Positions 38,261 to 48,668 of a DNA stretch of 64,000 nucleotides are shown one piece after another. The DNA is from Candidatus Magasanikiibacteriota bacterium (GTDB lineage Bacteria; Patescibacteriota; Patescibacteriia; Magasanikbacterales; GWA2-37-8): positions 13,618-77,617 of the forward strand of contig JAHFHV010000001.1 in NCBI GenBank assembly GCA_023246725.1, in the 5' to 3' direction. The position numbers and the translations under genes are program-made. Numbering within the stretch: position 1 is the stretch's first letter; every line of letters begins with the position of its first letter. Below the pieces are notes generated by a model. The model made no database searches, was not told where the DNA came from, and saw nothing but the letters and a program-made list of their open reading frames with translations.

Positions 38261-40055
38261 ACAGGAACTGCCCCACATAATCGCGAATTTTGTTGCGAAT
38301 ATAATTCGTGTCGGCCCAGGTCATGGGGTTGGATTCAATCACCAGCTTTTTAACGCGGTGGCGCAGGTCTTCAATTAATTCTTTATGTTCTTTCAAAAAG
38401 ACGAATCCGCGCGAGATGATATCCGGGTTTTGCACCAGGCGGCCGGTTTTGCTGTCCACGGTGGCAATAATTACTACCATGCCGTCTTCGGCCAGTACCT
38501 GACGATCGCGCAGGACTACGTTGGTTTCGTCACTCACGCCAAGGCCGTCCACGAACACATAGTCGGAGACGAGTTTTTCTTTGGTGAGCGTGCCTACTCC
38601 AGTTTTAAATTCCATTACTTGGCCGTTGTCGGCAATAAACACGTTTTCTTTCGGCATGCCCATAGCGGTCGCGATGCGGCCGTTAAGGCGCAGCATAAAA
38701 TGGTTGCCGTGCTGGGGCACAAAGTATTTGGGGTTGAGGAGAGAAAGCATAAGCTTTACGTCATCGGCTTTGGCATGGCCGCCGGCGTGCACGTCCATCA
38801 TTTCGTAGTGCACCACTTCAGCGCCTTTACGGTACAGCGTGTCTTTAAGGCGCTGTACGGTGCGTTCGTTGCCGGGGATAACGGATGACGAAAACACCAC
38901 CGTGTCGCCGGGAACGAGCCTGACTTCGCGGTGTTCGCCGGTCGCGATGCGCATTAACGTAGCATTTTTTTCGCCCTGTGCGCCGGTACAAATAATCACT
39001 ACTTTTTCGTGCGGATATTTTTCAATCTGCCGAATGTCCACCAGCGTTTTGGGGCTGAATTTTAGGTAGCCCAGTTCTTTGGCAATTTCCACGTTACTTT
39101 TCATGCTAAAACCTCCGAGCGCCACCACTTTGCCCATTTTTTCCGACATTTCAATGAGTTGTTTAATGCGCGACAGGAGTGATGAGAATACCCCGATGAT
39201 AATGCGCCCTTGGGCTTTCTCAATGAGCCGCTCCAGGTTGACCCCAATTTCGCTTTCGGAAATTTGGTGGCCGGGCTGCATGGCGTTGGTGGAGTCCGAA
39301 AGAAGCGCGGTCACCCCTTGCGTGCCGATTTGGGCGATGCGCTGAAGGTCAGCCGGCGGCTCGCCCACGGGCTGGTAGTCAAATTTCCAGTCGCCGGTGT
39401 GCACAATAGTGCCCTCGGGCGTTTTTACCACAATGCCCATGGAATCGGGAATGTTGTGGTTGACGTGGAAGAATTCTAAGGCTAATTGTCCCAGTTGTAA
39501 TTTATCATTCACGCTGATTTGGTGAATGGTGAGCGGACGCACGCCTTTAAAATCTTCTTGGCGTTTTTTAATAATGCCAATCGTCATGGGCAAGGCGTAA
39601 ATGGGCGGGTAGCCAATGTTTGGCAAAATATGCGGGATGCCGCCAATGTGGTCGTAGTGGCCGTGAGTGATAATAACCCCGCGGATATTTTTTTCTTTGC
39701 CCTTTAGGTAGCCAATGTTGGGGATAATATAATCAATGCCCGGCATGTCCTCTTCCGGAAATTGGAGCCCGAGGTCAATTAAAATAATATCATGGCCGTA
39801 TTCAATAAGAGTGCAGTTGCGGCCCACTTCTTCGAGGCCCCCGAGGACAGCCACCCGGAGTTTATTGCCCCCCTGGCCTCTTGGCGATGAGCTTAAGGCT
39901 GCAGGGGCCAAGTCAAGAGGGGCAGGCAATTGATTTGTTCCATTTGAAAACGGTTGTCCGATTGGTCGCGGGGCATTAAAGCGGCGCGTTTGGTAGGTGC
40001 GGCGGCCACGGCGTTGTCCGCCGTGGGTAGAGGCTGTTTTGTTTTTTTCAATCAT
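38208..40055 (-). CDS. rnj: Ribonuclease J
   Basis: LGGLEEVGRN, THGHYDHIGG, HTGDWK, DSTN, TGAQGE, HAGGH. Confidence 0.97.
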   Translation of the reverse strand: MIEKNKTASTHGGQRRGRRTYQTRRFNAPRPIGQPFSNGTNQLPAPLDLAPAALSSSPRGQGGNKLRVAVLGGLEEVGRNCTLIEYGHDIILIDLGLQFPEEDMPGIDYIIPNIGYLKGKEKNIRGVIITHGHYDHIGGIPHILPNIGYPPIYALPMTIGIIKKRQEDFKGVRPLTIHQISVNDKLQLGQLALEFFHVNHNIPDSMGIVVKTPEGTIVHTGDWKFDYQPVGEPPADLQRIAQIGTQGVTALLSDSTNAMQPGHQISESEIGVNLERLIEKAQGRIIIGVFSSLLSRIKQLIEMSEKMGKVVALGGFSMKSNVEIAKELGYLKFSPKTLVDIRQIEKYPHEKVVIICTGAQGEKNATLMRIATGEHREVRLVPGDTVVFSSSVIPGNERTVQRLKDTLYRKGAEVVHYEMMDVHAGGHAKADDVKLMLSLLNPKYFVPQHGNHFMLRLNGRIATAMGMPKENVFIADNGQVMEFKTGVGTLTKEKLVSDYVFVDGLGVSDETNVVLRDRQVLAEDGMVVIIATVDSKTGRLVQNPDIISRGFVFLKEHKELIEDLRHRVKKLVIESNPMTWADTNYIRNKIRDYVGQFLFTKTEKRPMILPVVIEV

Positions 40056-40102
40056 AAAAAAATATGATGGTTAGTGAATGAAGAAGAAAAAAGTGAGATA
40101 AT

Positions 40103-40187
40103 TGGTGCGGACGGAGGGACTCGAACCCTCAAGGATTGCTCCATACGCTTCTGAGACGTACGCGTATACCAGTTCCGCCACGTCCGC
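40103..40187 (-). tRNA. tRNA-Leu (CAG)
   Basis: gcggacg acceptor, tacgt-ctCAGaa-gcgta, long variable arm, GTTCGA, encoded CCA. Confidence 0.97.
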
Positions 40188-40236
40188 ATGTTTATAATGA
40201 TTTGATTGTACCACGCGTACCATGAACCACAAGGGT

Positions 40237-42162
40237 TCATGGCCTCCAACGCTTCGCTGTATTAATGTACCACTCGCTCAAGGCAGCTAAACGGCCGGCT
40301 GGAGAAAAAATCACTTTAGGCAAGCGAATGCCCTTAATAGTAGTATTAGTGATAAAATTAGCCTGCGGCGAATAGAGAAAAATCGCGGGACGATCAGCGG
40401 CCAGTATCTGCGCAAATTGATTATATAATTTTATTCGTTTGGCTTCATCAGTAGTAGAACGGGCGTCTTCTAAGAGTTTGTCAACGCTGCGATTGGCGTA
40501 GAGGCTTAAATTAAGTCCCGGGAACATTACTTGCGATGAGTGCCAAAAAGCAAAGGGATCAGGGTCCGCGCCGATGATTTCGGCATAGAGGAGAACTTCG
40601 TAATCGCGCGTCTTAATTATTTCTCGTCCAATTTGCCGGGGGCTAATAAGCTGAATTTGGGTGGCCACGCCAATCGCGTGCCAGTAGCGGGCAATCGCTT
40701 CGGCCACGGTCTGGTAATCGGATGTGTCCCCGGTCGTAAGGGTGAGTTTAAGAATAATGCCATCTTTGTTTTTGCGGAAAAATGTTTGGTCGGACGGCAT
40801 TTCTTTGCGGACTGTTTCGGCCAAGCCGCTGGTGTCGGCCGCGGGTTCCATTATGGTTGAAGAAGCGGCCGTTGATGAGGCCTGCGCCGCTCCAAGGTTT
40901 TTTTTGAGTTCACTTTGGCGGAGTGAAAAATATTCTTCGGGCGGAACGCGCGTAAAATATTTGTCGAGCAGGGCGTTCGCGGCGGAAACATCAAACGCGG
41001 AGGATGAAGCCGCGGCATCCGGCGCGGCCATTCCCGAGACGAACGGACCCACGGCCCATTCGCCTTCGCCCTTGAGCGCGCTCTCAATCATCTCGGGTTT
41101 ATTAAGCGCTCTTTCCAGAGCGGCGCGCACGTCGTCGGTTTTAAGAAACGCGTTCTTTGTCTGGTTGAAAAAAAGCGCAACGTATTCGGGCAAGTGGATG
41201 GTGGAAAACGTAAAATTTTTCTGCGGGAGTTTAGCGCTTTCTTCGCTCGGCACAAAACTTAAGCCCAGGGCGGTTTGACTCCGGAGCGCTTCAAGCGCGC
41301 TGGCAAAATCGACAAAGAATTTAAAAGTGACTAATTCCAGATGCGGTTTGATTGCGGGAAAATACGGGTTGTGTTTTAAGGTAAGGGTGGTAATGGTCCC
41401 GCCGTTATCCTTGGTCAATTTGTCAAACATCCATGGGCCCGCGCCAATTGGTTCCAGATTGTTTTTGGCGAGCCGGAGACTCCCGGGAGCCAAATCGCCC
41501 CAGCGGTGTTCTGGTAAAATTCCTACGGTGAGACTGTGTAAAAACGGCGCGAAAGGCTCTTTAAGCGTAAAGCGAATGGTGGCGTCATCAATTTTGTCTA
41601 TTTTAATTCCCTCAAAACTGGAGATAAGCGGGCTGCCGACTTCTGGATTTTGAATTGATTCAAAGGTAAATAAAATGTCATCAGGCGTGACCGGTTCGCC
41701 ATCAGCCCACCGCATATCATTTCGCAGCGTGATGTCGTACAGCCTGCCATCGGCGCTTATGGTGTAGTGCGCGGCCAAAATGGGAATTAATTTTTGGTTG
41801 CTATCATACCCCAATAGTCCGCTGTACGTTAGGCTGGTTATGTCGCTATCAATATCGCTGGTCGAAGCAAAAATCGGGTTGATATATTTTGGCTGGCCAA
41901 CCAGGGCTTCAGAATACGTGCCGCCCGGCCCCGCTCCGCTCACGACATGATGGGAAATAAATAAGCCGATCCACGCGAGCGTGCTTAGCATAACCACCCC
42001 CAAAGCTCCCAGCACTAAGCGTTTTTCCCGCGCGTTAAGAAAGGCGGGCAGATATTTTAATTGCGCAAAATTGGGCAGTGAGCGAACGCGCAAACGGCCG
42101 ACTAATTTTTGATCAAGGCGGCCCCCAGCCACTACTGATTGGTTGGTTCGTTTTGAAAACAC
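40237..42162 (-). CDS. ABC transporter substrate-binding protein, family 5 (DppA/OppA-like)
   Basis: PKYINPI, WADGEPVTPDDILFT, PIGAGPW, DPFAFWHSSQ. Confidence 0.9.
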   Translation of the reverse strand: MFSKRTNQSVVAGGRLDQKLVGRLRVRSLPNFAQLKYLPAFLNAREKRLVLGALGVVMLSTLAWIGLFISHHVVSGAGPGGTYSEALVGQPKYINPIFASTSDIDSDITSLTYSGLLGYDSNQKLIPILAAHYTISADGRLYDITLRNDMRWADGEPVTPDDILFTFESIQNPEVGSPLISSFEGIKIDKIDDATIRFTLKEPFAPFLHSLTVGILPEHRWGDLAPGSLRLAKNNLEPIGAGPWMFDKLTKDNGGTITTLTLKHNPYFPAIKPHLELVTFKFFVDFASALEALRSQTALGLSFVPSEESAKLPQKNFTFSTIHLPEYVALFFNQTKNAFLKTDDVRAALERALNKPEMIESALKGEGEWAVGPFVSGMAAPDAAASSSAFDVSAANALLDKYFTRVPPEEYFSLRQSELKKNLGAAQASSTAASSTIMEPAADTSGLAETVRKEMPSDQTFFRKNKDGIILKLTLTTGDTSDYQTVAEAIARYWHAIGVATQIQLISPRQIGREIIKTRDYEVLLYAEIIGADPDPFAFWHSSQVMFPGLNLSLYANRSVDKLLEDARSTTDEAKRIKLYNQFAQILAADRPAIFLYSPQANFITNTTIKGIRLPKVIFSPAGRLAALSEWYINTAKRWRP

Positions 42163-42234
42163 AAATTGAAACTGCAGAAGAATTTAAAAATAGGGAGCGC
42201 GGCAGTCCTGTGTGTACAGAGTGAGAAGTTGAGG

Positions 42235-42453
42235 TTAAATGATTAGGCGCAGAAGGGAGCAGCCAAAAAATACCGCCGCAATCACCATAGTTGCGTAATG
42301 AAGAATTTTATCCACCCCGCGTTTGGTGGAATAGATGTTGCTGGAGCCTCCAAACACGCCGCCAAGCCCAGCGCCTTTTTGCTGGAGGAGAATCACCACG
42401 ATTAGAAGGGAGGCGGCAATAAGCTGGCTAAGAGTAAAAATTGTTTCTTTCAT
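42235..42453 (-). CDS. secG: Preprotein translocase subunit SecG
   Basis: ILLQQKGAGLGGVFGG..TKRG. Confidence 0.92.
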   Translation of the reverse strand: MKETIFTLSQLIAASLLIVVILLQQKGAGLGGVFGGSSNIYSTKRGVDKILHYATMVIAAVFFGCSLLRLII

Positions 42454-42578
42454 AATGTTTAGAAGCGGATACGGGCGAATAGTAACGCGGATATACGCAG
42501 AATCATACCAATAAGGATACCACGGGGTTTAATCTTTGTCAACTGCGCGGTTGTGTGTTATGCTACCCCTTAACTGGG

Positions 42579-42704
42579 AAATCCGAATGTCGAATATCGA
42601 AGCACGAAACAAATTCGAATGATCCAATGTACAAATGGTATATTGTTTTGAACATTATAATTTTGGTTATTTGGCATTGTTTCGAACTTCGTGCTTCGGA
42701 TTTT
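42579..42704. repeat. Inverted heptamer arrays (aaatccg/aatatcg/aagcacg)
   Basis: cgaagcacgaa / ttcgtgcttcg inverted pair. Confidence 0.75.
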
Positions 42705-42745
42705 CTAAGTGAGTAGTTTACTTTCGTTTTAGTTGATTATTCTGT

Positions 42746-43510
42746 ATGGAAGATTTTGGTAAGCCAACAAACAGGTGGCATCAAACCTGGTGGGGAGTGG
42801 TATTAATCAGCCTCGTCGCGCTCATTTTTATTATAGTTATAGTTGTGGCCGGCTTTACCAGCTGGTACTGGTGGCAAATTCGCCATGGCGCAGGCGCGTT
42901 TTTAAGCAGGCAATTTGCCGCTCCGTTTACGGTCTCGGTGGCGGGCAATACCGTTAAACCAAGAGCAACGGACCGTGCGGCGTTAGAAATTGCTACGGCG
43001 CCGGCTTTGGGCAGGCAAGGCGCCCCCATTACGATTGTTGAATTTATTGATTTTAAATGCCCGAATTGCCAAGCGGCCGCCCCGATTATGCGCCAGCTTA
43101 TGGCCAAGTATGGCTATACCGCGCGGCTCCTAGTCAGGCATATTCCGCCGGAGTCGATGCATCCGGGCACCACGCGCTTGTCTGAATTTGCTTGGTGCGC
43201 TGGCGCGCAAGGGCGCTTTTGGGAAGCGCATGATTGGCTGTTCAGCCGCCAGGCTGAAATTTCGGACGCGCCAACCCCAGCAGAGCTCGCGGCGCTATCC
43301 CGGGAGGCCGGGCTTGACTCGCAAAAAATGAACGCTTGTTTAAATGGGCCCGCGGCCGAGCGCGCGGTTAAAGCCGATTATTTTGACGCGCTCCGTTTTG
43401 GCGTGCGCGGCACGCCGACGTTTTTTATCAATGGGCAAAAAATTGAAGGCGTCATTCCCTTAAGCGCTTGGGAAAATTATTTTAAGACTATTATTCCAGC
43501 CATTAAATGA
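42746..43510 (+). CDS. Membrane-anchored DsbA family oxidoreductase
   Basis: EFIDFKCPNC, GVRGTPTFFING. Confidence 0.92.
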   Translation: MEDFGKPTNRWHQTWWGVVLISLVALIFIIVIVVAGFTSWYWWQIRHGAGAFLSRQFAAPFTVSVAGNTVKPRATDRAALEIATAPALGRQGAPITIVEFIDFKCPNCQAAAPIMRQLMAKYGYTARLLVRHIPPESMHPGTTRLSEFAWCAGAQGRFWEAHDWLFSRQAEISDAPTPAELAALSREAGLDSQKMNACLNGPAAERAVKADYFDALRFGVRGTPTFFINGQKIEGVIPLSAWENYFKTIIPAIK

Positions 43511-43525
43511 ACTAAGAATTGAGAT

Positions 43526-44968
43526 ATGCGCGCGTTTTTTTTGCTTATCATTGCCAGTTTTTTTATCGCGGTCTCGCCCCCCACGGCTTTGGCCGCGGAG
43601 CCTAAGATTGATCCGGCGTTTAATCCGATTTGCTGGCAAGAAAAGGACTGCGCTTGCGCCCGCGCTAAATTTTTGCGTCTTGATTGTAAAAATCCCCAGG
43701 ACCCAGCTTTGCAAGGAGGATTTGTGCGCGGCGCGGCCCCGTGCGACGCGACCGGCTGGGGCAAATGTTTGCCGGTTGGCAAAACCGTAACCGAAATTTC
43801 GTTTGGCGGCAAGCGGGAATTTGCCAATGTGGCTGTTTTTATCCAGTTGTTGTACCGTTATGCCATTGGCGTCGCGGCCATTATCGCGGTAGCCATGATT
43901 ATGGTAGCGGGCGCGCAATGGATTACGTCCGCTGGCAACAGCGAGGCCATTGCCAGCGCCAAAAAACGCATTGGAGGCGCCCTCATGGGGTTGTTTCTGG
44001 CGTATCTTTCTTTTTTTATTTTGAACGCGCTTAATCCAGCGCTGGTAAATTTTCGTTTGCCCCAGGTTTTTATGGCCCGCCCAAGCCATGCCGTGCCGCA
44101 GTTTTGTTCCACGGTTTCTTCCACCGGCCAGTTTGAATTCGCGGCCAGCAAGGACAATCAGACCGTTAAGCCCAGCCTGTCGGCCCAGGCTAGTTTTTCT
44201 TTAGCGTATGCCGACCCAGCCGCCCGGGATAAATTTGTCTGCGGCAACCGGCTGTTTATTAAAAATGGCGGCGAGCAGACGTGTTTTGGAGATGTGTGCA
44301 ACCCGGGAGCAATGTGTATTGACTTGGATGATCTGGGAAAGACCGCGCCGTTCCATTGTTCTAGCGTCAGCATTATTGGCCGGATTACCAATGATAAGTT
44401 TACTGATTCAGGCTGCCTGGCAGCCACCGCCGGCCACTTGCTTTCTGGCGAAGGGTGGGAGAGTCCTCTGATTGTAAGCCATTGTAAAGTTTGTTCAAAC
44501 AAACCATGGGTTATTTGTAAGAATGGAACCAAGGTTAAAATTAGCGATGCTCGCGGCGAACTCTATGAGATGGAAGACCAGCAAAGTTATTATTTTTCTC
44601 TGTCCGGTTTAATGATTGATAATGCCGCCAAGCAATGCGGAAACCAAGGAGCAAAAGGAATCGTGATTAATTTTGAAATGAATGAAGACTGTGATATGAC
44701 AAATGAAAATCATTGGATTGGTTATGATGGCGAAGCCGGCGCTAACCAGAACCGAGGCAAGGATTTGGGCGATGATAGATTTTTTGAAAAAAATTCTGCG
44801 ACCATGCCGGAAAAATATTTTATTCCGCTGGATAAGGTTAAAAAAGGCATTATTTTAAATGTGTTTGCCGCGTCGGATATACATGATATTGACTGCCCGG
44901 GAGTGTTTGACAGCAAGGAATGCGACGCGGTGCGCGCAAAATTCTATTCGGACTTGCTTCGAAATTAG
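43526..44968 (+). CDS. Pilin-like TM hairpin protein with Cys-rich flanking domains
   Basis: Signal peptide; AVAMIMVAGAQWITSAGN..AKKRI..G..ILNALNPALV. Confidence 0.8.
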   Translation: MRAFFLLIIASFFIAVSPPTALAAEPKIDPAFNPICWQEKDCACARAKFLRLDCKNPQDPALQGGFVRGAAPCDATGWGKCLPVGKTVTEISFGGKREFANVAVFIQLLYRYAIGVAAIIAVAMIMVAGAQWITSAGNSEAIASAKKRIGGALMGLFLAYLSFFILNALNPALVNFRLPQVFMARPSHAVPQFCSTVSSTGQFEFAASKDNQTVKPSLSAQASFSLAYADPAARDKFVCGNRLFIKNGGEQTCFGDVCNPGAMCIDLDDLGKTAPFHCSSVSIIGRITNDKFTDSGCLAATAGHLLSGEGWESPLIVSHCKVCSNKPWVICKNGTKVKISDARGELYEMEDQQSYYFSLSGLMIDNAAKQCGNQGAKGIVINFEMNEDCDMTNENHWIGYDGEAGANQNRGKDLGDDRFFEKNSATMPEKYFIPLDKVKKGIILNVFAASDIHDIDCPGVFDSKECDAVRAKFYSDLLRN

Positions 44969-45024
44969 TTTTGGGGTATACTGGTTCCTTATTAAATAGT
45001 CTGCATTGCTCAATGCATTTTTAC

Positions 45025-45135
45025 TGTCATCCTGAGCGTAGCGAAGGATCTCTGTCCGGTTCAATTCTCACATTGTTCTATTGCTATATTGTTAGTGATT
45101 GAGACAGAGATTCCTCCTTCGTCGTCGGAATGACA
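45025..45135. repeat. TGTCAT...ATGACA REP-like element with octamer array in loop
   Basis: Left arm identical to 16074 copy. Confidence 0.9.
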
Positions 45136-45142
45136 AGACGTT

Positions 45143-47992
45143 ATGAAAGATCAGTTAACTATACGAGGCGCGCGCGTCCACAACCTCAAAAATCTTTCCA
45201 TTACTATCCCCAAGCACAAATTAGTCGTGCTTACGGGTTTATCCGGGTCGGGCAAATCCAGCTTAGCCTTTGACACTATTTATGTGGAAGGCCAGCGCCG
45301 GTACGCCGAATCATTGTCCAGTTACGCCCGGCAGTTTATGGAAGTGCGTGATAAGCCGGATATTGATGGGATTGAGGGATTGTCTCCCACCATCGCGATT
45401 GACCAAAAAGTATCCACCCAGAACCCGCGTTCCACCGTTGGCACGGTAACGGAAATTTATGATTATCTCCGGTTGCTGTTCGCGCGCGCGGGCGTGCAGT
45501 ATTGCCCGGAGTGCCGCGTGGCCGTGGAGGTGTACACCCCTGGGGCGATTAGCGCCAAGTCCAGGGAGCTGGCTCGCAAAACTAAAGAACTGACGATTTT
45601 TGCTCCATTGATTCGGGATGGTCGGGTTGATTCTAAAAGCCTTCTTGAAACCGTGGAAAAATCCGGCTATGAATGGGTGCGGGTTGATGGCGAGCTTTTA
45701 AAAATAAATGATTTAGCCACGTATCGCTTTGCTCCGGAGACGAATTACACAGTGGAACTTTTAATTGGCAAATTAACGGACATTAAAAAAGACGACCCGA
45801 CCAAGTTTATTGAATCTGCCCTGGAGCTTACCAACGGCCTGGTGATTGTGGCAACTGACGATACCAGTCGGCTGTTTGCCACGATTGGCCTCTGTCCGCG
45901 GTGCGGCAAAACCTTGCCCAGCCTTGATCTGCGCAGTTTTAGCTTTAACAGCCCATACGGAGCTTGCCCACGCTGTACCGGCCTGGGGGTTACCATGGAA
46001 GTAGACCCCAATTTAGTAATTCCCAATACGCGGCTAACCTTATCCGAAGGCGCCATTCAGCCCTGGACGCGCATTACCGGCAACCAAAGTTTGTATCAAA
46101 AAATGCTCTCCGCAGTGGCGGAGAGGCACGGGTTTTCCACCAGCATTCCCGTGGCCGATTTGCCGGCAAAAATTTTGGATATTATTTTGTACGGCGGGGG
46201 CGTTGAGCAGTACATGATTGAAAATAAAAAAATTAGCTTTGCCGGGGTGATTCCGGATTTAATGCAAAAGCATTTAGATACCACGTCCGATTACGTGCGC
46301 AAAGAAATTGAACAATACATGCGCGAGAAAATTTGTCCCATCTGCCAGGGAAAACGTTTGCGGCTGGAGTCGCTGGCGGTCCGGGTAGGGGATTTTACGA
46401 TTGCGGAACTGTCTAACTTAAGCGTGGCGGAATGCCGGGCGGCAGTGGAAAGGTTATCCGCTATAGGCGGAGGCGAAAGGTTTAAGGTGATTGAACCGAT
46501 TGCGAAAGAGATTGGCCCGCGCTTAAAAAATTTAGAACGAGTAGGCCTGGGGTATTTAAGTTTAAGCCGCTCCATGAATACCTTGTCGGGCGGTGAAGTT
46601 ACGCGCGTCCGCTTGGCCTCGCAATTGTCGGCCGGTCTTACGGGCGTGATTTATGTTTTGGATGAGCCGTCGGTGGGCCTGCACCCGCGCGACAATGAGC
46701 AGTTGATTGATACCTTAAAATATTTGCGCGACCTAGGCAATTCCGTTATTGTGGTGGAACACGACCCGGCCATGATGCTGGCGGCCGATTACTTAATTGA
46801 TATTGGCCCGGGCGCCGGGGTGTATGGCGGCGAAGTACTCATCGCGGGGAACTTGCGCGAATTTAAAAAAGCCGCGGCTCGCCTAGACTCGGGGCGGGCT
46901 AAAGGAAAATCTGCCAGTGGCCAGCATTCGCTGACAGCCGACTATTTATTTGGTCAAGCGGATTTTAGCGATTTGTACCCCAAAAAATCAGACGGAAAGA
47001 AGCCGCCAACGGGCAAAAGTTTGAGCATTATGGGAGCGAGCGCGTTTAATTTAAAAAATATTGATGTGGAGATTCCGCTCGGCAAGCTTGTTTCCGTCAC
47101 GGGCGTGTCTGGTTCCGGCAAGTCAACTTTAATTATAGATATTTTAGGCAAGGCATTATCCAAATATTTTTACCGCGCCAAAGACGAGCCGGGCGCGCAT
47201 AAAACCATCAAAGGGCTCTCTAACATAGACAAAGTGATTGCCATTGACCAAAGCCCCATTGGCCGCACGCCCCGTTCTAACCCCGCTACCTACACCGGTG
47301 TGTTTACACTTATTCGGGATGTGTTCGCGTCCCTTACCGAAGCCCGCATGCGCGCGTACGACGCCGGTAAATTTAGTTTTAACGTTAAAGGCGGGCGGTG
47401 CGAGGCCTGCGCCGGCGAAGGCTATGTGCGCATCCCCATGCAATTTTTGGCCGATGTGTTTGTGGAGTGTAGCGAGTGCAATGGCCTAAGGTACAATCAA
47501 GAGGCTTTGGAAATTCATTACCACAATAAGCACATTGCCGACGTGTTAAAGATGACGGTGGAAGAAGCGCGCAGTTTTTTTAGCGAGTTTCCGCCTATAG
47601 CCGACAAGCTCAACATTCTGCGCGAAGTGGGCCTGGGCTACGTGGAACTGGGCCAGCCGGCTACCACCATATCGGGCGGCGAGGCCCAGCGCATAAAATT
47701 GGCGCAAGAGTTGTCCCGCCCGTCTACCGGCAAGACACTCTACATTTTGGACGAACCAACGACCGGACTGCATTTTGAAGATACCAAACGACTCTTGCGA
47801 GTGCTTCGTCAGTTAGTCAGCAAAGGTAATTCGGTGGTGATTATTGAACATAACGTGGATGTGATTCGTTGCAGTGATTGGGTAATTGATTTAGGGCCCG
47901 AGGGCGGCAACCAAGGCGGCCTGGTGGTAGCCGAAGGCACGCCAGGTGACGTGAAGAAGAATAAGAAGAGCTGGACGGGACGGTACCTGTGA
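45143..47992 (+). CDS. uvrA: Excinuclease ABC subunit A
   Basis: [43 protein letters not shown]. Confidence 0.98.
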   Translation: MKDQLTIRGARVHNLKNLSITIPKHKLVVLTGLSGSGKSSLAFDTIYVEGQRRYAESLSSYARQFMEVRDKPDIDGIEGLSPTIAIDQKVSTQNPRSTVGTVTEIYDYLRLLFARAGVQYCPECRVAVEVYTPGAISAKSRELARKTKELTIFAPLIRDGRVDSKSLLETVEKSGYEWVRVDGELLKINDLATYRFAPETNYTVELLIGKLTDIKKDDPTKFIESALELTNGLVIVATDDTSRLFATIGLCPRCGKTLPSLDLRSFSFNSPYGACPRCTGLGVTMEVDPNLVIPNTRLTLSEGAIQPWTRITGNQSLYQKMLSAVAERHGFSTSIPVADLPAKILDIILYGGGVEQYMIENKKISFAGVIPDLMQKHLDTTSDYVRKEIEQYMREKICPICQGKRLRLESLAVRVGDFTIAELSNLSVAECRAAVERLSAIGGGERFKVIEPIAKEIGPRLKNLERVGLGYLSLSRSMNTLSGGEVTRVRLASQLSAGLTGVIYVLDEPSVGLHPRDNEQLIDTLKYLRDLGNSVIVVEHDPAMMLAADYLIDIGPGAGVYGGEVLIAGNLREFKKAAARLDSGRAKGKSASGQHSLTADYLFGQADFSDLYPKKSDGKKPPTGKSLSIMGASAFNLKNIDVEIPLGKLVSVTGVSGSGKSTLIIDILGKALSKYFYRAKDEPGAHKTIKGLSNIDKVIAIDQSPIGRTPRSNPATYTGVFTLIRDVFASLTEARMRAYDAGKFSFNVKGGRCEACAGEGYVRIPMQFLADVFVECSECNGLRYNQEALEIHYHNKHIADVLKMTVEEARSFFSEFPPIADKLNILREVGLGYVELGQPATTISGGEAQRIKLAQELSRPSTGKTLYILDEPTTGLHFEDTKRLLRVLRQLVSKGNSVVIIEHNVDVIRCSDWVIDLGPEGGNQGGLVVAEGTPGDVKKNKKSWTGRYL

Positions 47993-48033
47993 AATATCAA
48001 ATATCAAATGTCAAAGTGAGCGTTGATGGTTTG

Positions 48034-48073
48034 TGTCATTGCGAGCCCCGCTCAAGCGGGGCGTGGCAATCCC
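48034..48073. repeat. Half REP element
   Basis: 38 of 40 nt match the reverse complement of 25313-25352. Confidence 0.8.
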
Positions 48074-48098
48074 GTAACATTCAGAGAGAATTAAAATA

Positions 48099-48126
48099 AA
48101 GGCGTCCGAAAGGGCGTCTTTTTTTT
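48099..48126. terminator. Terminator between uvrA and rplS
   Basis: aaggcgtcc-gaaa-gggcgtctt plus T tract. Confidence 0.8.
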
Positions 48127-48156
48127 AACGACTCCTGGCCCCGCCTCTGGCAGGTT

Positions 48157-48498
48157 CTAGTTTTTCTTTTCCTTCATCTTGCGCTTGAAGTTCGTATTTT
48201 TAATGTAGTTTAGTTTGGCGCGACGGACCTCAAATTCGCGCACAACTTCTATTTTATCAATCACTGGCGAGCGCAAGGGGAAGATGCGTTCCACGCCCAC
48301 GCCATCGGAAACTTTGCGCACCGTAATGGTGGCGCCCACCTCACTGCCGTGTTTGGCAGCTAAAATGAGCCCTTCAAAAATTTGAACGCGCTCTTTTTCT
48401 TCGCCTTTGGCATTTAATTCTTTTACTTTTTGGTGCACTTTAACGATCATGCCGGGCTTGTAAACTGCGGCAGCAGTTGTAACGTTAGCTTCAGTCAT
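48157..48498 (-). CDS. rplS: 50S ribosomal protein L19
   Basis: KERVQIFEG, TVRKVSDGVGVERIFP, VRRAKLNY. Confidence 0.97.
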   Translation of the reverse strand: MTEANVTTAAAVYKPGMIVKVHQKVKELNAKGEEKERVQIFEGLILAAKHGSEVGATITVRKVSDGVGVERIFPLRSPVIDKIEVVREFEVRRAKLNYIKNTNFKRKMKEKKN

Positions 48499-48515
48499 AT
48501 GTTTGATTGTGCAAA

Positions 48516-48579
48516 ACGATACATGATACACATACAACGATACCAATCGAGTTGTCTCGTTATACGTGTATCGTGTATC
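48516..48579. repeat. Inverted heptamer arrays (acgatac / gtatcgt)
   Basis: Same family as 61880-61973. Confidence 0.7.
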
Positions 48580-48668
48580 CTGCTTTAAGGTCGCCCTATT
48601 CTAGCTAATTTTGGTTTTTTTGTCAAGAGCTCTTTTGGACTGGTATTGTATGCTATAATACCGATTCT

